Below are positions 16,653 through 24,669 of a DNA stretch of 25,718 bases, piece by piece. The position numbers and the translations under genes were made by a program. Location: positions 1 through 25,718 of the IMG/VR virus record IMGVR_UViG_3300020258_000040; one strand, written 5' to 3'. The number at the start of each line of letters is the position of its first letter. Position 1 is the first letter of the stretch. The notes beneath the pieces were generated by a model, which saw nothing but the letters and a program-made list of their open reading frames with translations, was not told the DNA's origin and did not search any database. The DNA comes from a virus. Its lineage: Duplodnaviria > Caudoviricetes.

Positions 16653-18162
16653 TCCAAGGATTCACTTTTTCATAAGTTACAGGAGGCTGAATATTTCTAA
16701 AGTTGTCATTACAAACATCAGCTGTAGGAAGATACTTAAATTTTTGTTCTTCCTGTTCGTAAAACTTTTCTAATATATCTCTACTTATATGTGGAGGCAT
16801 ATCGAGATCTTTGGAACAAACTGGATAATCTAATTGATTCATCCAACAGAACCAATTTGCACCAGAGAACATTTCTTTACCCTCAGACTCGATATCTTTT
16901 ATAGCATATGCATAATCATCTGCGTGCCACTTAAGAGTTTTTGATGGTTTATAAACTTTATGTACCCACTGCCAGAACTTACCTTCATTTTTAGATCGTG
17001 AATAATGCATGTTGACAAAATCAACACAATTCTCAAAGAAACAAGTCATCTTAGCATTGTATAGATTGATGTCATTATCATCATAAGTTCTAGTCTTAAT
17101 TCTACTTAATAGTTCCCATGCACCAGCGGCAATAAGACCAATACCTGTACTTTCAAGAGGTTCAATAAATCCTGCAGAAAGGCCCACATTGACAACATTC
17201 TTTTCCCAGAAGTTACGAATGTAGAACGGAGTCCAATCCAAAACTTTTAAATGATTTTTTACTAGTCTCTTATCCCAATATTCAACGAAGAAATCTACAG
17301 CATCCTCAACTGGAGTAATACTTCTATTAAAAACTAATCCTGTTCCATATCTCTGGTCTACAGGAATTTTCCAAATCCAACCATGTTCTACAGCATCACA
17401 TGCCGTATATGGTTTCAATTCATTAGGTCTATCATTATATGGAACATGACCTGCAATAGCAGTATCACAGAAAAGTCTATCAGTAAGATCTACTCTATCT
17501 TGATCTTTCAATAAACCATTAAAACCTGTACAATCTACGAAAAGATCTGCCTTATGACAAGAACCATCAGTTAAACTGAGTGATTCAATATATCCATCAT
17601 GAGTTGTTGCCTTAGATGTAACTTCACCTTGAATGAAAGTTATTCTATCTTTTATTTTTTTCTGAATATATTTTACTAACAGTCCTGCATCAATATGTAA
17701 AGCATAGATCCTCAGATTATCTGGGTCCATCTTATTATCTCTAACAGCAAGATTATAGTGTATCTCGCAGTCAGTTTTTTTGTTTGTGTATTCTCTTTGA
17801 TAGTTTGTCCAGATTTCATGAATAGTAGTTCTAGATCCTTCGAAAATTCTTAGACTATCTAGATTTGGAAAACCAAAAGGATGCCAAATATCTTTACCTT
17901 CTCCTTTCCAATTTTCAAAAAGAATACCACCTTTAAATGTACAATCTATCTCTTTAAAATAATCAAGGAGATCAAACCCACAATCGTCCATGAAGGTTTT
18001 GAAACTAAGAATAGTGGCCTCTCCTACTCCAACAGGATTTCCATCTTTTTTATCAATTAAAGTAATCTCACATTCCTTTCCAATATTATTAACTAATAAA
18101 GCAGCAGTCATCCATGCAGAAGTACCACCACCAACAATGGTTATCTTCTTAGCTATTTTCAT
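16633..18162 (-). CDS. Flavin-dependent halogenase (tryptophan halogenase PrnA/RebH family)
   Basis: IVGGGTSAWMTA, GVGEAT, T.K.GI.F.NW (catalytic Lys position), ADLFVDCTGF, GWIWKIP (WxWxIP) and GFIEPLESTG. Confidence 0.92.
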   Translation of the reverse strand: MKIAKKITIVGGGTSAWMTAALLVNNIGKECEITLIDKKDGNPVGVGEATILSFKTFMDDCGFDLLDYFKEIDCTFKGGILFENWKGEGKDIWHPFGFPNLDSLRIFEGSRTTIHEIWTNYQREYTNKKTDCEIHYNLAVRDNKMDPDNLRIYALHIDAGLLVKYIQKKIKDRITFIQGEVTSKATTHDGYIESLSLTDGSCHKADLFVDCTGFNGLLKDQDRVDLTDRLFCDTAIAGHVPYNDRPNELKPYTACDAVEHGWIWKIPVDQRYGTGLVFNRSITPVEDAVDFFVEYWDKRLVKNHLKVLDWTPFYIRNFWEKNVVNVGLSAGFIEPLESTGIGLIAAGAWELLSRIKTRTYDDNDINLYNAKMTCFFENCVDFVNMHYSRSKNEGKFWQWVHKVYKPSKTLKWHADDYAYAIKDIESEGKEMFSGANWFCWMNQLDYPVCSKDLDMPPHISRDILEKFYEQEEQKFKYLPTADVCNDNFRNIQPPVTYEKVNPWNENPFH

Positions 18163-20003
18163 TGATTAGGAACCTCAATCATCAACCCATATTCAGGAAG
18201 ATAAAGATACTCAATATCACTCTCAACTAAAGTTCTAACAGCGTCTTGGAGATCTTCAACTAAAGGTTCACCACCGAGATTAAATGAAGTATTGAAGATA
18301 ATTGGACATCCAGTTTTATTATAAAATGCTTGAATAATTTCATAATAATGTTTGTTCTGTTCTTCGGTTACAGTTTGGATTCTACATGTATCATCGACGT
18401 GAATGATTGCTGGAATCTTCTCTTTAATTCCTTCCTGACACTTGACAGCATACATCATAAAAGGAGTTTCATCCATACCACGAAGATCAAACCACTCGTG
18501 AACATGTTCCTTCAAGATAGATCCTGCAAAAGGTCTAAAGTATTCACGACGTTTCACACTATTAACATGATCTTTTCCGTTTGGATCTCTAGGATCATAA
18601 ATTAGAGAACGATTACCTAACGCACGAGGACCAGCTTCAGACTTACCTTGCCAGATTGCAACAATATTTTTATCGGTAATTAAATCAATAACGTCTTCAT
18701 TATTAGCTTCGAATACTCTATTCGCACCTGCCCGATCTGCGATATCAACGATATCATCACGAGTATGATTATATTCAAATCCAGTATACAGATTCTTTAA
18801 AGGTTCATTAATAGTTTTATCTTCGGTCAATCTACGATGCATTAACATTGCAGCACCTAGAGCAGTACCTGCATCATTACTTACGGGTTCAACGAATAAA
18901 TCAATACCTTCACCTTCTAGTTGTTCCAGATACCAATAGTTCGCAACACAATTCAATGCATATCCACCCGACAGAACTACGTTCTTTTTACCACTAATCT
19001 TTACAGCATATCTAATCAAATCAAGAACCATTGCTTGAGATTGAGTTTGAATTGCATATGCAAAATCTCTACGATTCTCAAGTTTAGTTAAATCATATTC
19101 TTTGTCCTGAACCTTTTGCCAAATTTCCATATCTGTTTTTAAAAATGGAAATCTCCCCTCATTGACGAACGCGCCGTTGGGGTAATTTGGAGTAATTATA
19201 GAACGATCCGCAGTCTTCCAATCAGAAGTGCCATTGCAATCTCCATAGATTTGAGGAATCTTATCATTGGGTTTACCATACGGGAATAGACCCATGGTCT
19301 TTCCTGCCTCAATAGGTTGGAAACCACAATATGAAGTTGCTGCCTCATATGCTTTGACAATACCTGCGGTATCATCAAGAATCATTTCATGAGTTCCAGA
19401 TTCACCTTCGTCTGAACTATCAAACTCTGGAAATCTGTATGATTGATATGGTCCTCTACCACCCAAATGTTTATAGAGGGTTTTGAAATTTGCAGGATAA
19501 CCACAATCAAAAATAGATTCTAATTCCCATACAGTTTCATTGCGCCCATTCATATTCATTGGAATGAACGTACCTGCACCATCAACAATCAATGCAACAG
19601 CATCTTCAAAACCAGACCTGTAGAAAGCACACGCAGCGTGAAGTTTATGGTGATTTCTACTAAGATCAATAACCTGGGGATGATTAGGGTGTAGATCAGC
19701 TTTTCTATCAATGAGACCTAATTTTCGAGCCAATCCTGTATATACATCATCCCCAGTAAAATCGATATGTCCAGCAGCACCAGTATGACCTGGCGCTTCT
19801 CTAAGTGGTTGAGTATGTGCGATTACAAGGTAATCGAGTCTGTCTGTATACTCTTTAATTTTCATCATGGCAGCAAAAGGGCCGCCATCGTATTTCTGTC
19901 TAGATAGTCTCTCTTCTTCTACAGAAAAGATAACCTCCCCATCCTTAAGAAGACAGATACCGCCATTATGTCCCCTAGTGAGACCAGCAATCCATTGTGC
20001 CAT
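18159..20003 (-). CDS. O-carbamoyltransferase (NodU/CmcH/TobZ family)
   Basis: EEERLSR.K, HHKLHA, DGAG, GKTMGL..YG, SGGYALNC.AN, DAGTALG, GPRALGNRS, KRRE.FRPFA, HVD.TCR.QTV and NTSFN..GEP. Confidence 0.95.
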   Translation of the reverse strand: MAQWIAGLTRGHNGGICLLKDGEVIFSVEEERLSRQKYDGGPFAAMMKIKEYTDRLDYLVIAHTQPLREAPGHTGAAGHIDFTGDDVYTGLARKLGLIDRKADLHPNHPQVIDLSRNHHKLHAACAFYRSGFEDAVALIVDGAGTFIPMNMNGRNETVWELESIFDCGYPANFKTLYKHLGGRGPYQSYRFPEFDSSDEGESGTHEMILDDTAGIVKAYEAATSYCGFQPIEAGKTMGLFPYGKPNDKIPQIYGDCNGTSDWKTADRSIITPNYPNGAFVNEGRFPFLKTDMEIWQKVQDKEYDLTKLENRRDFAYAIQTQSQAMVLDLIRYAVKISGKKNVVLSGGYALNCVANYWYLEQLEGEGIDLFVEPVSNDAGTALGAAMLMHRRLTEDKTINEPLKNLYTGFEYNHTRDDIVDIADRAGANRVFEANNEDVIDLITDKNIVAIWQGKSEAGPRALGNRSLIYDPRDPNGKDHVNSVKRREYFRPFAGSILKEHVHEWFDLRGMDETPFMMYAVKCQEGIKEKIPAIIHVDDTCRIQTVTEEQNKHYYEIIQAFYNKTGCPIIFNTSFNLGGEPLVEDLQDAVRTLVESDIEYLYLPEYGLMIEVPNQ

Positions 20004-20016
20004 AACGAACCTCTAA

Positions 20017-21150
20017 TTATTTTGAAGACTTCAAAAGGTTTTCCACTTCAGATTTAAAACCTTTATTTTGTTTAACAACTGTACTTGGAATATTCAACTT
20101 GGTAGGTTTCAAAGTTGAAAAATCTTGTTTAGGTAAAGTTGGAGTTGGAGTTGGAGTTGAACATTGCGACTGTTGTTGTTGCATCTGTTCTAAACTTGGA
20201 CCAGTATATTTTGTAGGTTTACCAAGTCTTTTTCTTGCTGATGCAATAACTTGTCTAACTTGTTCTTTAGACATTTCACATGCCTGATCATTGTATCTAG
20301 TACGTTCATCATCCATACTAATACGAATAGGATCATACTTTCTTCTACCTTCACCCACATCGATAATATCAAAGTCTTTAAATTCTGGGTAAGAAATATT
20401 AACTGGGAATGTGGATCCAACAACTACTGTAGCTGTTTTCTTTAATGATTTTGCAATATGTTGTCCTACACTATCACAACCAATAAAATGATCAGCACCA
20501 TCAATGACTCCAGACCAAACTCTAATATCTTCGATCTGTGGGCGTGCAACCTTATGTTTAGCCTGTTCCTCATTCTCTTCTAAGGGGAAATGTACTTCAC
20601 TCATAATAACAACAGAATAATCTTTTTTAAGATCATTAATAATATCAACCGTGTTGACCATATTCATGCTTCGTGAGCCAGGATCAACTACAAAATCACC
20701 AACACTGGTAACCCCTCTACCAAAAGGTTGAATAACTACAACCTTATCCTTACCAGTTCCTGCTCTAATTTCAGTTAAAATATTTTGTGCAGTAACAACT
20801 TCCATCTTTGAAAGATGAATACTGGGATCTTGCAACTCCCTAGGTTCATCAAGTTCATTGATGATGATGTCAAATGCTTGTGCGATACTACATTTCTGAT
20901 TGTAGTAATACCAATTTCTATAGGGTTCTACGCCAACGCAGTCCCTATCTTTAATATATTCTTCAAACAAATTCTTATGCCAGTTGTCAAAACACTTGTT
21001 GTGTAGAACTGGATGTCCTTTGTAAAAATCTGTACCCCCCTCACAAACGACAATGAAATCGTCGTGGGTTTCGGCGTATTTTTCTAATGCTGGGATAGAG
21101 GCAAGAACTCTTCCTGCCCCACCATTAATAAAGAATGCTTTAGGTCTCAT
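20017..21150 (-). CDS. GT-B glycosyltransferase resembling family GT9 (ADP-heptose heptosyltransferase-like)
   Basis: N-terminal GGAGRVLASIPAL resembles GT9 G.GD....P.l. C-terminal ADHFIGCDSVGQHIAKSLKK...VVVGST resembles GT9 ad.fIg.DSg..HlA.al..p...lfG.T. Also VVVIQPFG. Context of heptose genes supports the call. Confidence 0.65.
   Translation of the reverse strand: MRPKAFFINGGAGRVLASIPALEKYAETHDDFIVVCEGGTDFYKGHPVLHNKCFDNWHKNLFEEYIKDRDCVGVEPYRNWYYYNQKCSIAQAFDIIINELDEPRELQDPSIHLSKMEVVTAQNILTEIRAGTGKDKVVVIQPFGRGVTSVGDFVVDPGSRSMNMVNTVDIINDLKKDYSVVIMSEVHFPLEENEEQAKHKVARPQIEDIRVWSGVIDGADHFIGCDSVGQHIAKSLKKTATVVVGSTFPVNISYPEFKDFDIIDVGEGRRKYDPIRISMDDERTRYNDQACEMSKEQVRQVIASARKRLGKPTKYTGPSLEQMQQQQSQCSTPTPTPTLPKQDFSTLKPTKLNIPSTVVKQNKGFKSEVENLLKSSK
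20137..20159. repeat. Hexamer tandem repeat (AGTTGG)x3.8 encoding TPTPTPT
   Basis: Read directly; lies in the low-complexity C-tail of the GT9-like protein. Confidence 0.7.
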
Positions 21151-21171
21151 GTCAAAGATTCAATTTGCAAT

Positions 21172-21178
21172 TATTTAG
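21172..21178 (-). promoter_or_regulatory. Late promoter heading the enzyme operon (CTAAATA)
   Basis: Plus-strand tatttag, 22 nt before the GT9-like ATG; same box as precedes g18, g20 and g15. Confidence 0.7.
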
Positions 21179-21201
21179 GGGTCTTTTCAGACCCCCTTTT
21201 T
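21178..21201. terminator. GC hairpin; T-tract only on the plus-strand side
   Basis: GGGGTCT-TTTC-AGACCCC followed by CTTTTT on the plus strand. On the minus strand the loop is GAAA and the stem is followed by TAAATA rather than a U-tract. Confidence 0.55.
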
Positions 21202-21211
21202 ATACTATAAT

Positions 21212-22081
21212 TTATAAGCCAGGATTCTGATCTTCAGCTGGTTTTGCAGCATCCATTTGTGCCTTAGCAGCAGTCTCAACACGAGCCATTTTAGCCTTCT
21301 CACGAGCCTTCTGAGCATCAGTCATTTCTCCCCACTTACCTCTAGCAGAGTTGGGGTGAATAGGAGACATTTTTGCCGCAACAGCAGCAGGAATGCCGTT
21401 AGATGTAACCAATGCAGGCCAATCTCTCAACTTCTGTCTGTATGAAGTCCATTGCTCTACCATTGCAGTAGGCATATCAGAAGAAATTGCACCATCACTT
21501 GCTTCCAAGTCAGCATTTCTTCTATCTCTGATGTCTTCTACAGTAAAGTAGTCATCATTTGCCTCACCAAGCATAACTTCATTAACAGTCATCATTCTTG
21601 CTGTAGGAACACCATCAACAACTCTTACCGAATCCATATCCCAAACAAACTTAGGAAGAATGGGTAAACTATACTTGTACTGTTCATATCCATCGAGTGC
21701 AGGAGATTGTGGGTGATTTACAACCTTACCTTCTGCTTCGCCTGTCTGAGTATTAGCAGTTTCATTATCTGGAAGAATAGGACCAGAAACCTCTTGAGAT
21801 TCATTAACAATTGGTCCTCTAAGTTGACAGATCAGTGGATACTGAGTGCAATCAACTTCGAAAAATTCTGTACAATCTGCAGGAAGAGGACGGCCATCAG
21901 CCTTATCATCTTCAGTCAGAGGTCCATACTTCTCATAACCGTCAGATCCAATCTGTAGATAGATCTTATCAGGTCCATGATAGGTATACTTACGGGACTT
22001 ATTTTGAGCCCTATTATGATCCACCATGTATTCATCGGGAAGTGGCAGATCGAATTCTACTTTAATAATTTGTGTAGCCAT
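21212..22081 (-). CDS. Protein with a tail-fibre assembly chaperone-like domain
   Basis: IRDRRNADLEASD...SDMP.....W..YRQKLRDWP matches the R..R..LL..SD.....D......W..YRQ.LRD.P pattern of phage tail assembly chaperones; lies directly after the fibre-like paralogs. Confidence 0.7.
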   Translation of the reverse strand: MATQIIKVEFDLPLPDEYMVDHNRAQNKSRKYTYHGPDKIYLQIGSDGYEKYGPLTEDDKADGRPLPADCTEFFEVDCTQYPLICQLRGPIVNESQEVSGPILPDNETANTQTGEAEGKVVNHPQSPALDGYEQYKYSLPILPKFVWDMDSVRVVDGVPTARMMTVNEVMLGEANDDYFTVEDIRDRRNADLEASDGAISSDMPTAMVEQWTSYRQKLRDWPALVTSNGIPAAVAAKMSPIHPNSARGKWGEMTDAQKAREKAKMARVETAAKAQMDAAKPAEDQNPGL

Positions 22082-22117
22082 AACGGTTAATTTGTGCGAG
22101 TAAACATCTCTCGGTAT

Positions 22118-22125
22118 TATTTATA
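22118..22125 (-). promoter_or_regulatory. Late promoter, perfect T4 consensus TATAAATA
   Basis: Plus-strand tatttata, 37 nt before the ATG at 22081. Confidence 0.8.
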
Positions 22126-22136
22126 TAATTAACCAT

Positions 22137-22161
22137 AAAAAAAGGGGTGGTTACCCACCCC
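22137..22161 (-). terminator. Intrinsic terminator after the Cys-rich triplet
   Basis: Minus strand GGGGTGG-GTAA-CCACCCC-TTTTTTT (GNRA loop, U7). Confidence 0.9.
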
Positions 22162-22186
22162 CTCTAATATTATTTTTTTAAAACTC

Positions 22187-22969
22187 TTAGATATAACTGA
22201 TCTTAACAACACCAGAACCACCAGTTCCGCCTGTTCCGTTATCCCAGTTACCGCAATATGTTGTCATTCCTCCAGTAGCACCATGTGCAAATGGAACTGT
22301 CCAACAACCGCAACGTTCCCAACATGTAACTAACTGATATTGAACCTCACCACCGATAAATGGAGCAGGAGTAGGTTGAGAACCAACACAATGGCAGTGA
22401 CACTGAGAAGCGTTTGTTGAGAATTGTCCAGCATGGTTACCCATCCCGAAATCAGCACCCTCATCATTTGGTCCCTTACAACATGTAAAGTCTGAGTTAC
22501 ATGCATCGTTCCAAGCTGTATTTGCCTCACCTCTGTGGCCACCAACAGCACAGAATCCACTTAAATTATAACCGTTTACATATGAAGCACATCCATAACA
22601 TCCTACACATTCAACGGAACAACAAGGATATACACCTGCAGCACATACAGTGTACTGACAGCCAGGAGCAGTGGTAATAGTTTTAGATGCATAGTATCCA
22701 CCACCTGCACCTCTGTAATGATGACATCTGTCCCAAGAACAGAATCCATGTCCGTTTCCACCAGATCCCCAAAGTTCAAAAGTTACTTTATAAACTCCAG
22801 TTGGAACAGTCCAAAGACAACAACAACCACCAGTAACAGCAGAAGTTGTTCCATATACCCACTGAATGTTCCAAGTATTCAGAGCATTTGCGTTGATCTT
22901 AGCATCCGTGATCACACCAGCTGGTAGTGAAGCACCGTCAACTTTTTTATAGTCTGTATAATTTGCCAT
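22187..22969 (-). CDS. Cys/Gly-rich putative fibre or virion protein, paralog 3
   Basis: 260 aa, 23 Cys by hand count; glycine-rich-domain frame WTVP.GV..VTFELWGSGG.G...GAGGG...GGSGVVKISY. Confidence 0.75.
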   Translation of the reverse strand: MANYTDYKKVDGASLPAGVITDAKINANALNTWNIQWVYGTTSAVTGGCCCLWTVPTGVYKVTFELWGSGGNGHGFCSWDRCHHYRGAGGGYYASKTITTAPGCQYTVCAAGVYPCCSVECVGCYGCASYVNGYNLSGFCAVGGHRGEANTAWNDACNSDFTCCKGPNDEGADFGMGNHAGQFSTNASQCHCHCVGSQPTPAPFIGGEVQYQLVTCWERCGCWTVPFAHGATGGMTTYCGNWDNGTGGTGGSGVVKISYI

Positions 22970-22991
22970 GGGTGTGAGAATCCTACGTTAA

Positions 22992-22998
22992 TATTTAT
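22992..22998 (-). promoter_or_regulatory. Late promoter (ATAAATA) for paralog 3
   Basis: Plus-strand tatttat abutting the stop of paralog 2. Confidence 0.65.
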
Positions 22999-23795
22999 TA
23001 GAAATAGGTGATCTTAACGATACCATTACCGCCAGTGTTACCATATCCATTATCCCAGTTACCGCAGTAACTAGACTGAGCACCTTGAGCACCGTTCGCA
23101 TAGGGAACAGTCCAACAACCATGACGAATCCAACAGAAGTTAATTGCATAAACAACGTCTGTACCTACGACAGGAGCTCTGGAAGGTCTTGTTTGCTGGT
23201 GATGGCAGTGACAGAATCCTACACCGAACCACCACTCAACAGAACCGAATCTACCAGAGTGTGAAATACCACCGAAGTCTCCTCCGTTTGCACCTCTTTG
23301 TAAACAACAGTCATATGCAGAGTAACAGGTTTCGGTCCAACTGGTGTTTGCACAACCTCTAGAACCACCTACAGCACAGAATCCACTTAAGTTATAACCA
23401 TTAACGTAGGATGAACATCCTTCGCATCCAGTACAACCAAATGAACAGCATGGATAAACACCTGCTGCACAGATCGTATACTGGCAGCCAGGTGCAGTAT
23501 TAATCATCTTGGAGTTGTATTGTCCTCCACCAGCACCTTTAAAGTGTTGGCATCTATCCCAAGAACAAGATCCGTGTCCGTTTCCACCTGCACCCCAGAT
23601 TTCGAAGAACAGTTTACTTACACCACTAGGAACTGTCCAGTTACAGCAACATCCACTAGCTACAGAGTTTGGAGATCCATAAACCCACTTAATTCCATAA
23701 TTCTTCCTGGCGCCAGGAACAATCATATCATCTGTTACCAGACCATCGGCGATCTGTTCTGTAGTAACTTTTTTATAATCCGAATAATTTGCCAT
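22998..23795 (-). CDS. Cys/Gly-rich putative fibre or virion protein, paralog 2
   Basis: Start set at the ATG at 23795 (MANYSDYKK, matching the sibling N-termini); 265 aa, 22 Cys by hand count. Confidence 0.75.
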   Translation of the reverse strand: MANYSDYKKVTTEQIADGLVTDDMIVPGARKNYGIKWVYGSPNSVASGCCCNWTVPSGVSKLFFEIWGAGGNGHGSCSWDRCQHFKGAGGGQYNSKMINTAPGCQYTICAAGVYPCCSFGCTGCEGCSSYVNGYNLSGFCAVGGSRGCANTSWTETCYSAYDCCLQRGANGGDFGGISHSGRFGSVEWWFGVGFCHCHHQQTRPSRAPVVGTDVVYAINFCWIRHGCWTVPYANGAQGAQSSYCGNWDNGYGNTGGNGIVKITYF

Positions 23796-23815
23796 TTCTT
23801 TAGGATCCCCTGATA

Positions 23816-24598
23816 TTAAACGTAAGTGACCTTGACAACACCTGTAGCACCAACGCCACCAGTTCCATTGTCCCAGTTTCCGCAATATGTAGTCATACCA
23901 TTACCACCACCGTGAGCATATGGTACAGTCCAACATGCACAACGTTCCCAACATTCAGTAAGGTGACCACCAATAGTTCCGAATGAGAGGAACGGAGCTG
24001 ATCCAGAACACCAAGTGTGTCTGTAACAGTGACAGTTATATGGTGCAGTTCCAGCAGGTCTCATATTCGACATTGCGAAATCAGATCCAGTAAAGCCTGG
24101 ATTAATGCAACAGTTCCAATCTGAAGTACACATTGTACTCCATGCAGTGTTAGCACATCCTCTGTTACCACCCCATGCACAGAATCCACTTAAATTACAT
24201 CCATTAACATAAGAGGCACATCCTCTACATCCAGTACATTCATATGAACAACAGGGATATCCTCCTCCTGCACAAATCGTATAAGTCCATCCTTCTTGTA
24301 CATTGATAGTTTTGGAAGAATAGTATCCTCCACCAGCACCGAAGTAGTGGTGGCATCTGTCCCAAGAACAGAATCCACTACCGTTTCCTCCAGCACCCCA
24401 TACATCAAATGTAGCTCTTTTGACTCCTGCTGGTACTGTCCACAAACAGCAACATCCACTAGTCGTGCCACCAATACTTCCACTAATCCAAAATACATTA
24501 TATTTTGGACCAGCTCCGACAGCAAAAGCCGAGTCAGGGATCGAGTTGGGTACGATCTGAGAGGCAACAATTTTTTTGTAACTTCCGTAAGAGGCCAT
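23816..24598 (-). CDS. Cys/Gly-rich putative fibre or virion protein, paralog 1
   Basis: 260 aa, 24 Cys by hand count; same motif order as the other two paralogs. Confidence 0.75.
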   Translation of the reverse strand: MASYGSYKKIVASQIVPNSIPDSAFAVGAGPKYNVFWISGSIGGTTSGCCCLWTVPAGVKRATFDVWGAGGNGSGFCSWDRCHHYFGAGGGYYSSKTINVQEGWTYTICAGGGYPCCSYECTGCRGCASYVNGCNLSGFCAWGGNRGCANTAWSTMCTSDWNCCINPGFTGSDFAMSNMRPAGTAPYNCHCYRHTWCSGSAPFLSFGTIGGHLTECWERCACWTVPYAHGGGNGMTTYCGNWDNGTGGVGATGVVKVTYV

Positions 24599-24633
24599 TT
24601 TGTTTTTACATTAGGTGGTTGATATAATAGACA

Positions 24634-24662
24634 GAAAAGAAAGAGGGGGAAGAATCCCCCTC
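24634..24662 (-). terminator. Intrinsic terminator after the large structural gene
   Basis: Minus strand GAGGGGGA-TTCT-TCCCCCTC-TTTCTTTT. Confidence 0.85.
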
Positions 24663-24669
24663 CCCAGAA

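Noticed and set aside
11926-21150. Bacterial LPS or natural-product island from a chimeric assembly
   Set aside because: It has a phage late promoter, interlocks with the g13 promoter, and shows no integrase, IS or att signature.
23796-23885. ORF-track N-terminal extension (MRKLGQW...) of paralog 2
   Set aside because: Overlaps paralog 1; the sibling N-termini place the start at 23795.
22187-24598. Diversity-generating retroelement or CRISPR reading of the repeats
   Set aside because: No reverse transcriptase, no template/variable pair with A-specific mismatches, no spacer periodicity; the repeats are paralog motifs.
24621-24629. TTATATATC as the late promoter of the Cys-rich triplet
   Set aside because: Plausible position, but two mismatches to TATAAATA; not supportable alone.
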